A DNA stretch of 64,000 nucleotides. It comes from Chiloscyllium plagiosum (taxonomy: Eukaryota). The stretch's first letter is position 1. Each line of letters begins with the position of its first letter. This document shows, piece by piece, positions 50,441 to 63,695 of the stretch. A program made the position numbers and the translations under genes. The notes below the pieces were generated by a model. It was not told the DNA's origin, searched no databases, and worked only from the letters and a program-made list of their open reading frames with translations. Location of the stretch: positions 12,313,144 through 12,377,143 of the forward strand of contig NC_057750.1 of NCBI RefSeq assembly GCF_004010195.1. The letters run 5' to 3'.

Positions 50441-51602
50441 AAGCTTTGGCACATAGTAAATTTGAATTTCAGAAAAAAGTACAATTCCAAATCAATAAAT
50501 TGATAATTTAAGTAAATGAGGAATTAACAAAACTGACCATTAAAAATCAACAAGAAGCAGAGCTAATTAGTAATTTTTTGTTTGCCCTTTCTATTAAGAC
50601 ACAGAGCTAGAGAAATGCAGATTCACCTCAAGGTCCTTATTACCAGCTGGGGACCAAGGTCAAACTAAAGAGTTGGGTTTAACCACACTGACCTTGCGTT
50701 CACTTTTGTTAGCAACATTCAGAGCTGAGCTTGGAAGAATTCATACTAAAGTGGGGATTGAAAACCGGTAGCATTTCCCCTCTCTCAGCTTAATCTGTGA
50801 ATAGATGTTCAGGAAATAGGGGAAGGGTGGGTGCGTGTCTGGCTCACTCTGAGTTTAAACACTCAGTCTTCTCCTCCTCTCTCATACACACCTTCTTCCT
50901 TAGTCCCACGATATACTCATATTCTTACTCCCTCCAACACATTCACATTCTTCCTCCATCTCTCTGCATTCCACTCTCCCTCCCTCATACATTCCCCCTT
51001 TCCCTCCTCCCTCTCTTGTGGCTGTGTGGATTTAGAAGCCACTCGGTTATCTTGACTGCTGTGTTTAGGGATCTAACACATGTGCTGTACACCTGACTCA
51101 TCGCCTGACTCAGAGACTTTCCTTGCATCCGAACAACAGACTCAACTCATCCCTTGCTGTCTCTTGCCTGTCCCCACAGCAGACTCACTTCTGTGGCCAC
51201 TGCTCCTGCTGGATAGACCTCAGGCTGAATGAAACTATGTATGCTTGCACAGCCCATGGCTCCTGGGCAGGATAGGACTCATTGGTGGGCCAGATTGTGG
51301 CCTACAGGACACTTATTGGCCAAGCTTGTGTTAGATTATCTAATCACAGCAGCAGAAACATCAGTGACCATATAGCTGTACTTCAGCAGCCAATATCAGT
51401 TGCTTTTCTACAGCCATATATTGTAACCTGCAGCTTTATTCACATAAGAAATTAAAGAACTTGCACTTACTTAGCATCTTTTACAACCTGAGGGCATATC
51501 ACATTGGCTGAGGACTTTCAGTCTCAAGATCATTGAAGGCAGGAGGTATGACTCAAGATGCACATCGGGACCCCATCCCCAGCAGTCCCAATCTACATAC
51601 CT

Positions 51603-54430
51603 CGATTGATTGATTGATTGATTATTGTTATCACATGTACCAAGATACAGTGAAAAGTGTTTTGCATGATTTACAGGCAGATTGTACCTTACAAAGTGCA
51701 TCAGGGTAGCAGAACAGAGTGCAGAATACCAGCTGCAGATAAGGTGCAGAGAAAGAGAGAGATCAGCATTAACATATGAGAAGTTTGTACAAAAGTGGAG
51801 AAGAAGCTGTTCTTGAATCTATTTGTATGTGTATTCAAACTTTTGTATCTTCTGCCTGATGGAAGAGAGTATAACTGGGGTGGAAGGGTTCTTTGATTAT
51901 GTTAGTTTCTTTCCCAAGGCAGCAGGAAGTATAGATGGAGTTAATGGCTTATTTGTGTGATGGACTGGGTTGTGTTCATGAATCTGTGTAGTTTCTTGCA
52001 GTCTTCAAAAGAGCAGTTGCCATACCATGCTGTGATGCATCCAGGTAGGATGATTTCTATGGTGCATCTATAAAAACTGTGAAGAGCCCTTGTGGACATG
52101 CTGGATTTCCTGAGCCTCCTGAGGAAGTAGAGGCATTGTTGTGACCGGTTTCTTGACTGTCCTGTCAACATGGGTGGATGAGAACAGATTGTTGGTGATC
52201 ATCAATCCCAGGCATTTGATGGTCTTGACCACCTCCACCTCAGCACCACTGATGCAGACAGGGGCGTGCCCTCCACTCTGCTTCCTGACGTCACTGACCA
52301 GCTCCTTCATTTTGCTGACTTTGATGGAGAGATTGTTGTCTTTACACCATGCCACTAAGTGCTCAATCCCTTTCCTGCATTGTGTCTCATTTGTTTGAAA
52401 TCTGACCTACAACAATGGTGTCATCAGTGAACTTCTAAATGGGGCTGGAGTGGGGAGATTTGGCCATGCAGTCGTGAGTGTAAAAGGAGTATATTAGGTG
52501 CTGAGTGTGCAGCTTTGCAGGGCATGAACGTTGAGTATTATGGTGGAAGAGGTGTTGTTGCCTATTCTTACTAACTGTGGTCTGTGGGTCAGGTGGTTAA
52601 TGAGCCAGTTACAGAGAGGGAAGCCAAGATCTAGGTTACATAGTTTAGAGATGAGTTTGTTTGGAATTATGGTGTTGAAGACTGAACTATAGTCAATAGG
52701 TTGGAGCTTGATGTAAGTATCCTTGTTATCCAGATGTTCCAGGGATGACTGTAAGGCCAGGAGATGGCATCTGCTGTGGACTTTTTGTGCCAGTAGGCAA
52801 ATTGCAAAGAATCACAGCAATTTGGGAGGCTGCCGTTGATGTTAGCCATGATTAACCTCTCAAAACAATTCATAATTATGGAGGTCAGAGCCACCAAGTG
52901 GTTGTCATTGAGGCATTTTGCATGATTTTTCTTTGGCACTGGGATGATGGTGGTCTTCTTGACGCAGGTGGGGACTTCAGATTGTGGTAAAGAGAGACTA
53001 AAGATGCCTGTGAATACTCCTGCAGCTGGTCCGCACAAGATCTGCGCGTAAGGCTTGGGACTCCATCTGGCGCCTATTGCTTTCCATGGGTTCACTCTCA
53101 AAAAGGCCAATCTACGGCTTTGGCAGTGACCGAGGGTACAGACGCATCCAGGCTCTTGGGATAAGTTGACATTGTTTCACTGACCTTCTGTTCAAAGCGA
53201 GCAGAGAATTCATTGAGCTCACTCGGTAGGGATGTTCTGTTGCCTGCAATTGTTTGATTTCATTTTGTAGCCTGTTATGTCGTGAAAGCCCTGCCACAAA
53301 TGACAGGTGTTTGTGTGGTTTGTCTGCGTCTCAAGCTTAACTTGGTATTGCCTCTTGGCATGTCTGATGGCCTTTATATAGGTCATACCTGAATTTCCTG
53401 TATAAGTCAGGGTTGCTGAACTTGCGTGCCTCAGATCTGGACTTCGGTAGAGAGTGAATCCCCCTATCTATCCATGGTTCCCAGTTAGGGAACATTCAAA
53501 TGAATGTTTTTGGCATACATTCTTCTTCACACCTATTAATGGAGTCTGTAATGGTATTGGCATACTTATTTAGGTTAGGCACTGAGTTCTTGTGCATGGA
53601 CCAGTGCACCAACTCTAAGCAGTCATGTAGAAGCCCTTACATTGCCTCAGACTAACACTGCACTTTTTCTGGGTCCTCATGGTTCAATTTCTGCTTGTAA
53701 GCCAGGAGGAGCAGCACAGCATTGTGATCTGATTTTCTAAAATGCAGATGGGGGAATGGAGCAATAGGCATCTTTGAATGGTTGGATAGCAATGGTTGTG
53801 TAACAATGATCAAGGATGTTTGGACCTCTGGTGGGACAAGAGACATGTTGATATTTTAGTAGCACATTCTTGAGGTTGGCCTTGTTAAAGTCAACAGCTA
53901 CGATGAACAAGGCTTCGGGGTATTCTGACTCTTTTTGTTGTGGTGTTGTGTACTTCATCAAGTGCACTGTTCACTTCCGCATGGGGTGGGATGCAGACTC
54001 CTGTCAGGATAGCAGAGGTGAACTTCTGCAGCAGGTACTTTACTGTAAGGTATTCTAAGTCTGGGGAGGAGTAACTTGCCAGGGTCGTCATGTCTCAGCA
54101 GCAGGAGGTGTTGATTAGGAGACAGACTCTACTGCCCTTTGCCTTGCTCGAGGTTGCTCAGCAATCCATTTGTTAAACTGGGAAACCCTTAAGTTGTAAG
54201 GCACAGTCATGTGTAGCAAAAATAAGCAGTCTCTGTAAAATATAGCTCATAGCAGTCCCTCAATTCCCTTTGGAAGGTGAGTATAGTTTTAAATTCATCC
54301 ATTTTGTTTTCAATGGCTTGGATGTTTGGCCTTGGATGTATGCTGGGGAGGGGGGTACTTGAACCTCCGATATTTCAGTTTCACCTGAAGTCCAGCGCAT
54401 CTCCCATGTTTCCTCGGTAGGTAGCTGCTC
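51603..54430 (-). mobile_element. Rex1/Babar-type non-LTR retrotransposon, decayed near-complete EN+RT with (AATC)n tail
   Basis: Minus ORFs: YPEALFIVAVDFNKANLK, SDHNAVLLL, PTCVKKTTIIPVPKK..CLND..VALTSIIMNCFERL, WCKDNNLSIKVSKMKELV, QCLYFLRRLRK..FYRCTIE..GCITAWYGN. (gatt)n microsatellite at ~51605-51624. Confidence 0.88.
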
Positions 54431-54714
54431 CTAGATGATCCCAGGCATAGGAATATTGGGATTGTCTAGGAAATCTGAACTTTAGATGGGCAACTTCCTT
54501 GCTCCTCAGGGCCTTCCCAAAACATCTCCAATTCTGAGATAGATTGGAAGCTTCAGAGTACCTAGCTGGGTTGGTCATGAGGAAATCTTAAGACAATAAT
54601 TCTAGTTTAACTCCTTGGTTAGAACTGACCTCCCAAAGCAATCACACTGATTCCCTCGATGACTTTCTCAAATCCCCATCCTTAATCAAATTAAAAGCAA
54701 AGAATTGGGGCGAT

Positions 54715-54945
54715 CTGAAATAAAGACAAAGTGCAGGAAAAACTCATGTGGTCTGGCAGATCTGTGGACAGCTAAACAAAAGGATTTTGTAAGGGGAAAT
54801 GGGGTGATGAGGATTTTTCTTTTACATGTTTCCAGTCTGATATGACTTCTTCAAAAGTGACTTGACTACTCTATTCCTGATGCTTCTCGGATGCTGCCTG
54901 ACCTGCTGTGCTTTTCCAGCACCACTCTAATCTAGACTCTGGTCC
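54715..54945. mobile_element. Degenerate PLE end fragments
   Basis: attcctgatg...cggatgctgcctgacctgctgtgcttttccagcaccactctaatctag. Confidence 0.6.
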
Positions 54946-55441
54946 TCAACCTGACAACCCTGCCTGACTCAACTATCTATCACCAGAGGCTACGATCTAT
55001 TCAGTTTACTCAAGTCCATTACCCCATTCACACTGGACATGTACACCTACTTTACTGCAACTAGTGCTGTAAAAAGGGATGCAGCTCATCTCTCTGCCAA
55101 CCCTACCTCACTCTGGTAGCGCTCTCTTCTTGGGACTGTATGCTCTACATTTCTGTGGAAACCAGCATTTGGAGACCTAATCAGAACTGCATAGTAGTAG
55201 AGTTGCAATCTGATGGTGATTGCTGCTTCGCATAAAATCCAGACCATTTTGGAAACTGGCTGCTATGTTTTCCTAAACTACAACAGTGATCACACTTCAA
55301 AATACTTAACTGTGAAGTGCTTACAATATACAGTAGTGTACATGGAGACATTATCCATCTGTATTTTCCTGGAAGTAGATGTGAATGTAATAACTGAAAT
55401 GCAATGAATATAATGGAGATATCTCTTTGGTATTTTTCCAG

Positions 55442-55818
55442 ATACATTTGCCAGCAAAGTCGCAGCATTACAAGACCAATATGCAGATGCATCCATTGGG
55501 AATGTGACAGGAAGCAATGCTGTAAATGTGTTCCTGGGTATTGGAGTCGCTTGGTCTGTTGCTGCCATCTACTGGGCTGCTCAGGGGAAAGAGTTTAAAG
55601 TAGATCCTGGCGCACTGGCCTTTTCAGTCACACTTTTTACCATCTTTGCCTTTGTTGTCATCAGTGTACTCCTGTACAGAAGACGGTCACACATAGGCGG
55701 TGAGCTTGGAGGTACACGGCGTGGCAAGATTCTGACCTGCATCATGTTTGTAAGCCTTTGGTTGTTGTATGTTGTGTTTTCAGCCCTGGAGGCTTACTGC
55801 CATATAAAGGGTTTCTAA
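55442..55818 (+). CDS. SLC8A2: Na+/Ca2+ exchanger last coding exon (alpha-2 repeat to C-terminus, TAA stop)
   Basis: tttttccAG|AT ACA TTT GCC AGC AAA... gives (D)TFASKVAALQDQYADASIGNVTGSNAVNVFLGIGVAWSVAAIYW...LEAYCHIKGF*; includes ORF 55504..55818. Phase is compatible with the preceding exon. Confidence 0.95.
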
Positions 55819-56329
55819 GACTGGAGAGCTTTCTTGTGCTTACAAACAGTAAGCTCCTCTTGAAGCTGCCGAAGAGATTGAGAGGCAGCCCAGTGCATTC
55901 CAATCCCAGATAAGTCACCTCTTCATTACAGAACATAAAAACAGACCTTTACTGGCAAAGAAAAACAAAAGGCAAAATCCAACTGTTAAGTTGTATGCCT
56001 TATCAAAAGGTTCTAATACTGGTTGTAGCCAGCAACCAAAATATCTTCAAGAAACCAACCGCAAAAGGTTTTTTATTCAAACAGATTTAGACTTTTTTAC
56101 ATCAACAAACTGAGCTTGCTGTGTTACCAATATCGAGAAGATTTAAGTCAGCCAGCATTGAAAAATGATGTTTTAGCAATGTATAGGACAATAGGCCAGC
56201 AACATTGGCCCACCAGATAAGTCTTTACTTGTACAGTTGTTACTACTCATCTCACTGAATAAGCTATTGCAATAGCTGTTAATTTACTTTGAAAAGTATA
56301 AAGGTAAATCGTGGCACTGGAGTGAAATA

Positions 56330-56533
56330 CAATCTGTTCTGCTATAATGCGTGTTTCTTCGACGCAAATTGGTTTTAACGCGATTGAAGAATTTAGACTG
56401 TTATTTGTCGAACGCGTATTGGCTATAATGCAATTCCAGCCCCATTAGTTTAAATGGCATGGCTATTGCACGATTTTCTAATAACATGAGATTACACGAG
56501 AGTGAAACTATTGCGTTACATCAGAACCGACTG
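56330..56533. mobile_element. Tc1/pogo-like MITE in the putative 3' UTR
   Basis: TA|caatctgttctgctataatgcg ... tgcgttacatcagaaccgactg|gTA: imperfect TIRs, CpG-rich internal subrepeats (taacgcg/taatgc). Confidence 0.7.
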
Positions 56534-57109
56534 GTAATTGAAGAAAATCGGCAAATTCCATGCATTATATTTGTTATATGTGTGCAGTTGTCATTAGTTA
56601 GGTGTACTTTTATTTATCTTGCAGTAAATCCTAGAGTACAAGTAGTATCTTGAAAACAATTTCGTTTGCAGGAGTGACATATATGCCGACCCAACTTTTC
56701 CTAAAACCTGAGGGTCAGTGTAATATCCAAATTCATGGTAACTTTTCCTGTGGTGAATTTCATTGCTCTATTATGCATTTATTAAAGCTGCTGCGCCCAC
56801 AAATAATTTACTGGAAATGCCTTGTTTTTCTCCTTTTAAACATCCAGTAGCCAGATTAGGCTGCCTCATTTTGGAAAAATACGTTTCAAAATATGATCTC
56901 TTATACCCTGGGTAAGTGAATCAATCACAAGCAAAAATAGACCTATTTTCTTTTTAAAACAAGCCATGGTTTTTAAATATGAACTTTACAGGCTTTTTGT
57001 TCAGTATTACTCACATTATTCTTATCCAACATTGAAAAGGTTAAACTTTAATGCTGTGGGACTGAAAATCTACTGACACACTGAGTGGTTATAAGTGCAA
57101 AACATTGTC

Positions 57110-57115
57110 AATAAA
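57110..57115 (+). promoter_or_regulatory. Candidate polyadenylation signal for the exchanger 3' UTR
   Basis: AATAAA about 1.3 kb after the stop, near the end of a mostly repeat-poor AT-rich stretch. An ATTAAA is also present at 56781. Motif evidence only. Confidence 0.3.
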
Positions 57116-57550
57116 AGGTGGAAGATGGAAAATTAGTGCAATTCTGAATACAGTACAAAGGGAAGGGAGATGGCTTTTTCAAGTTACAAGTAAAAATTAA
57201 TCACCACTTAATCAGATCAAGTAATTAGTTAAAAGACTAAAATCTTTAAACACTTGTACATTTTTAAGTGATAAAGGAATGACAGTACAAGTGGTGTGCA
57301 GAACTGCAGCATGTGGGAAGTTGTGAACAGCTGTGTGATCCTGGATAGCCACAAGAGGAATTTCTTCATGTGAAATTTGGAATTCGATATCGTGGAGGGC
57401 CCTCAAATCTCAGTCATTGACAATGTTTAAGACAGAGATCAATAGATTTCTAGTTATTCATAACATAATGGGATATGAGGATAATGCAGAAAAACGGTAC
57501 TGCAACAGGTGATCAGCCATGATCAAGAATGATGGAGGAGGCTGGAAGAT

Positions 57551-57690
57551 GGAGAAAGTGAAAACTGCAGATGCTGGAGATCAGAGTTAAGAGTGTGGTG
57601 GTGGAAAAGTACAGCAGGTCAGGCAGCATCTGAGGAGCAGGAGAATCGACTATTTGGGCAGGCAAGTCATCAGGAATGAGGCTTGGAGGT
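57551..57690 (-). mobile_element. PLE 3' end fragment
   Basis: ggagaaagtgaaaactgcagatgctggagatcagag...gaggagcaggagaatcgac...tcatcaggaatgagg. Confidence 0.75.
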
Positions 57691-57699
57691 TGGAGGATG

Positions 57700-60600
57700 T
57701 CCTACTCTGCTTCTATGTTGCAATATCCAGCAAGTGTGCACCTTAAGGAACTCCAGTTCAGAGGTGCTGAGATGGAGATTAAGGAGCAGGTATTGCAGGG
57801 AAATGAGGAAGGAGAGAGTTACCTGAACACTTTGGTCCAGGAGGTAGTCAGATCTTGTTAGGATAGGAAATGGCATGGGTTAAGTTATGATCATGGTCAG
57901 GAGGATGTGACTGCAAGTCAGGAAGGTAAGGTTTATTCCCAGGTACAGAGCTGCCTTACCTCTTGGTAAGAGTTTTTGTTGCTTATCTGGTGAGGACTAA
58001 TTCTGCAGGGTGGATGAATTAACTGACCACTGACAGTGGTACAGGAGTCCATTCAAATGGAAGAAGGGAAAAGATACACGGTATTGACAAGGAGCAGTAC
58101 AGGCAGAGAAATAAAGACTGTTCTTTATCACTGTTTGTTAACAGATTCTAACAAAAAGACACAAAAAACATAGATTTTCTTCATGTAGAGAGCTTACTGA
58201 CTGGACCAGTCTAATCGTTCTCTCATCCTGTCCTAGCTATTTTATTGTTTTACATCAAGCCAACATATCTTCAGAAGAAATTGTGTAGGTAGGACTTAAA
58301 CCTGGGCCTCCTGGCTTAGAGGTAGGGATACTACCACGGTGCTGCAAAAGCTCTTACATAACCTGACACCAATTGACAGCTACCACCTGTTTCTATCTTT
58401 AATTAATTGTTAGACTAACACTGTAAAGGGAGTTTTAAAAGTTTTAAAACCTTGGCATGAGGTAGCAACACACCTCCTTGCAGCTAGAAAAGAGCATTGA
58501 ATGGGAGGGAAAGGATCCAGCTGTCATGGACCATGTGAGAACTAATGGCAAGACTAGGAAAGAAGTTCTGCTTGAGCACCTAAAGTTCAAATTCGTAAGC
58601 AAACCTATTGATTATGAAATGAGATCTGTGTAAATTGGTGTAGGGCTAAACAGACCTTAAATTTGAATTATACTCAAAAGATTAGCTTGGAAGATAGAAA
58701 TTGATTAATGGGGCATTGGCATTAGTATTGAGGAATGAGAGAGATGTTCCAATGGGGCTGGCTGTATTTAAAGCGAGATGGATCAGTGCCTTGGTGAAAC
58801 ATAAGATATGGTTTTAAACTAAAAAGGGCTGATGATTAAGTTCAAGTGAGGAAGAATTATTACAACTGAAGTTAAAGGTAAAAGTCCTCAGAGTACTGAA
58901 GCAATTTTGGGTAAAAGTAACCATTCTGTAAAGTTTAAACGTGGTAATTTCATCACTGAAGAAGACCAAATCAAGGAAACTGATAAAAACTTAAATAAAT
59001 AGGTCCCTTATCTGAAAGTATAAAGGATTCATAACTACATAGATAAGTTAGTAGCGGAGAACAGGTTATCAAGGATAATACCTGGACTACAGAGTATAAA
59101 CTATGAGGATAGATAAGACAAATTAGGTCTTCATTCTCTAGGATTTAGAAGCGCAAGGATGATCTAATCATGGTCTTCAGGATATTAACAGAGAAAAACA
59201 AGGTAGCTAAAGGTAACCTATTTCCCGATTCTAGAATCAGGGGGCATAGTCTGTAAGGTCTAAGCCATTCAGGAGGGATGTTAGAAAGCACTTCAACACG
59301 CAAAGAGTAGTGGATGTTTGGAACTCTCTTCCTCAAACAATAGATGATTTTAATTCAGTTGTTAAATTTAAATCTGAGGCAGACGTTTTTTTTTAATTAA
59401 GCAAGGGTATCATAGGATATAAATCCAAGGCAGACAGATGAACTTAGGTCACAGATCAGCCATGATCTTATTAAACAGTAAAGTAGGGCTGAGACTGAAT
59501 GGCCTATTCCCATTCTTACATTCCTAAATTGGTTTGATTTAATAGCCAAAATTGAGAATTAAATATTTCTGTTGTTGTCATTCTAAGAAGATATAGCTAT
59601 TATAAAGAAAGTCAGGGTGGGGGGAGCAGTGACAGACCAAGATAATAGAAGATGATACAAAAATAGAGGTGATGAAGGAATTAGTATGGGTGGTGATAAA
59701 AAAGGTGTGTGTCAATAATGTTGTTGGGAGGAATTTATGGACAGTATTATACTAGAGAAAGGAGCTTATGGCAAATTATAAGAGAGCTTAATCTTCATAT
59801 AAGTAGGGCGAATCAATTCAGCAAAGGTAGCTCGGGGAACACAAGAGTTCACAGAATGCATTTTGCTTGATTACCAAGCAAATGAAAGATCATCAGGGAT
59901 ATGTAGGAATGTAGAGTTCAGGTTAAAATCAGATTAGCTATGACTTTATCGAATGGATGAGCAGGGTCAAAAGGCCAAATGGCCTGCTCTTCTCCTTGTT
60001 GGTGTGTTTGTATCTGCAACTGCTCCTAAGAATGATATGATGAGAAAACAAATCAGGAAGAATGATCTTAGATATTGTTTTGTTTACTAAGGCAGGCTTA
60101 TTTAGTGATCTTACACTGAGCAATCCTCTGCGAAACAGTGATCAGAAAATAAGAACTTTCACATTCAGTCTGAAATATAAAATTTAAAGAATGCAAATTA
60201 CAAAGGAGTGAGTTTGCTAAAGGTAGATTGGGAAATCAGATTAAAATATTAGCTGGAATAATGGAGAACATTTGAAGAAATATTTCATAATTCTCAACAA
60301 AGCTACTTCAGTGTATTGAGAAGCAAAAAGTCCACAAAGGAAAAAAAGATATATTGTAGCTAACAGCTAGTATGAGATTAAAAGAGGCTTCTAATATTAG
60401 AAAATTGAGAGGTAAACCCAAGGATTGGGAGAGTTTAGACACCAGCCGATGGAGTATAATGTTGAGAAATAATGTTATTTATTTTGGTTGGAACAATTAA
60501 AAAATATGTTCTACATATTGAGAAATTATTAAGGGTAGGCACTCAATGCAATTTGGTTGATCCAGCAAACAATTAAGAAATCAAAGTTAGCCTTTATTGC

Positions 60601-60900
60601 AAGATAGTTGGACAAGAGAAACAAAGTCTTGCTGCAAATGTACAGGACTTTGGTAAGACTGTATCTGGAGTACAAATTGGCCCAATTAGGACAATTGAAA
60701 GGGTACAACAAAGGAACGTTAGATATGTTCTAAGATGAGATGGTCACCCCATGAGGAAAGATTGAATAGAATGGGTCTTTATTCTGTGGGGTTTAGAAGA
60801 ATAACAGGTTATTTGTTTGAAACATAAGATTCGAGCAGAACTTGACAGGATGGATGCTGAGAGATTATTTTCCCAGTTTAGAGAATAAGGCTTGAAGCAC
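57700..60900 (+). mobile_element. Heavily decayed long CR1-type LINE region with nested CR1 3' ends
   Basis: ORF1-esterase-like gtcatggaccatgtgagaactaatg (~58525), EN-like agtgatcag (SDH, ~60140), RT tail tgtacaggactttggtaagactgtatctggagtac; nested 3' end at ~59060-59525. Confidence 0.6.
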
Positions 60901-62359
60901 TGAATAGTATATTGTTAATCTGAGAAGATATAGATATCAAAGAAAACCAGCTGGGGTAAGCAGTCGCAGACGAAGATAATAAAGGATGCTACAGTCACAG
61001 AATAAAGCATTTTGGATTGAGATAAGAAGGACCTTTTTCACAAACTTAACTGGAACAGCCATATGAAAAACATAGCTACAACAGCACACCAGAGACTGGG
61101 AATTCTATGGTGAGTAAGTCCTGTGACCCCAAAACCTATATCCCATCTTAAAGGAATAAAGTGCAACAGAATACTCCCCATTTCGTTGAATGAGGGAGAA
61201 TCCAAACTAGATTCAAAAAGCTCAGCACCTTTAAGACAGCCCACTTGATTGGGCCCCTATGCAGCACCTTCAAACCTTGCTCCATTCAAATTGATGCACT
61301 GTGGCAACAGTGTGAACCATCCACAACTTCATTGCAGCAATACACCAAGACTCCTTTGACAGCATTTTCTAAACCATGACCTCCAAAATCTGAAATGCAT
61401 CAGATTCATGGAAACACCATCAAGTGCAAGCTCCTTTCCAAGTCCACACCCTTCCTAACATGGAACTATGTCGCTGTTCCTTCATGACCAATGGATCAAA
61501 ACGTTTGCAACCACACTCCAAACAGCACTAAAATGTGAAATTAATTGTTCAAACATGCAAATGTCATTAAGCCCGATCAATGCAGCCCACATTGGATGCA
61601 TCCAATTCAAAATGCATACTCAAAGAATATGTGGTGAACATATAGGTTTGGATTTTTGTTTACATTTGGCATACTGTTCCTACTGGCATAAAAAACATAC
61701 TGCACCACTTATGTTCTCTTACTCTTTCCAATGTCTCACACAAGTCTGAATAAAAATATCAGTGAATAAGCACATGTGATTTTATTGACAGGGATGCTTC
61801 TCATTAGTGAAACCTGCCATCAGCTGACAAGGCTGCAAAGAGGGAGAGGCTCTGCGTTATGACTGCAACCATAGTGCCTCTCTTCTACGATGCCTTCCCC
61901 GGATAGCTGAATTCTGATCATCCTTCCCCTCTAGTGATTCCTACTGCTGCCATTATTGCCTCTGTTGTTTACCATAAGAGCCCTCCTTTGTTGCATCTCT
62001 CCTCCTGCTACTGATGTTGAAAGAATAATAGGTGTTTGAGACACACAGGTATTCAAGCAATGGAACTGTGTGAAAAAGGCAGTCTTATGAGAATGAGTGT
62101 CCATAGATTTCACCCATAGAACTGATAAACAGTGAGGTTTTCAACTCCTTCCATTGTCCACAACCAAAACTCATGTTAGGCATTACCCTGTTCCACTTCT
62201 TCACGCCTTTGGCCCCAATCCATACAACCTCTCCTCACCTTTGAGTCATCCTTGATCTTCCTGAGGCGCCATGCAAACTGCAATTCTTCAGCTTCTCTCC
62301 CTCATGCCAAGAGTTCAGCAAAGACAATTGCTGTCTTTACAGACTATAGGGCATCAAGG

Positions 62360-63695
62360 AGCCCAAGCAAACGGGAATTGATGGGAATCAGGAGAAAACT
62401 CACTGCTTGTTGGAGTCATATCTGGCACATAGGAAGACAGTTGTGGAGGTCAGTCATTAAAGCGCCAAGACATTTCTACAGGTGTTACTCATGTTAGTGT
62501 CCTCATCCCAAACATCATCAGCAGCTTTATCAATGACCTTCCCCCATCAGAACGTCTGAAGTGGGGATGTTCATCCATGACTGCACAGTGTTCAACACCA
62601 ATTGAGAGTCCTCAAATCCAGCACAATCTGGACTATATCCTAGCTTGGTCTGATAAGTGGCAACATTTGCACACACAAATGCCAGCTAATGACTATCTGC
62701 AATGAGAGACAATCTAACCACTGCCTCTTGATATTCAACAGCATTATCATCACTGAATCTGCCACTATTAACATCTTGGGGGTCACCACTGACCAGAAAT
62801 TCAAATGGATTTGCCACACAAATACAGTGGCTACAAGAACAGGTCGGAAGCTACGAATACTGCAGCTACTCGTAACTCACCTCCTGACTCCCCAAAACCT
62901 GTCCACCATTGTAAGATACAAGTCAGAAGTATGATGGAATACTCCTCAGGGCGGCCCAGTGGCTCAGTGGTTAGCACTGCTGCCTCACAGCATCAGGGTC
63001 CAAGGTTCAATGCCAGCCTCGGGTGACCGTGTGCAGTTTGCACATTCTCCCCGTGTCTGCATGGGTTTCCTCCGGGTATTCCGGTTTCCTCCCACATACC
63101 AAAGATGTGCAGGTCAGGTGAATTGGCCATAGTGTTAGGTGCATTAGTCAGAGGGGGGTGGGTTGTTCTTCAGAAGGTCGGTGTGGACCTGTTTCCACAC
63201 TGTCAGGAACCTAATCTAAAAAATCTAATATGCAGCTCCAACAACATTTAAGAAGCTTGACACCATCCAGGACAAAGCAGCCCTCCTGATTGGCACCACA
63301 TCCAGTCCCTCTACCACTAATACTCATTAGCAGCAGTGTGTACTATCTACAAGATGCACTGCAAAAATTCCCAAAAGATCCATTAAACAGCCCTTCAAAA
63401 TCCATGGCCACTTACATCTAGAAAGACAAGGGCAGCAGATAATCAGAACACTACCACCTGCAAATTCCCCTCCAAGCTGCTTACCATCCTGACTTGGAAA
63501 TATATCGTCATTCTTTCACTGTCACTGGGTCAAAATCCTGGAATTCTCTCCCTAACAGCATTGTCGATTTACCTACAGTACATAGACTGCAGTGGTTCAA
63601 GAAGGCAGCTCACTATGACCTTCTCATGTGAAACTAAGTATTAACAATAACTGCTGGCCAAACAGTGCACCCACATTCCACAAATGAACAAAATA
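62360..63695 (+). mobile_element. Old CR1/L2-clade LINE RT and 3' tail (related tails at ~5440-5790, ~41930-42135/47320-47430, ~61040-61530)
   Basis: cagctttatcaatgacctt...gggatgttcatccatgactgc (FINDL..MF.DDC-like), INILGVTTDQKFKW, tail caaattcccctccaag...ggttcaagaaggcagctca. Confidence 0.7.
62949..63229 (+). mobile_element. HE1-type V-SINE inserted in LINE
   Basis: gggcggcccagtggctcagtggttagcactgctgcctcacag...cctgtttccacactgt...ctaatctaaa. Confidence 0.88.
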
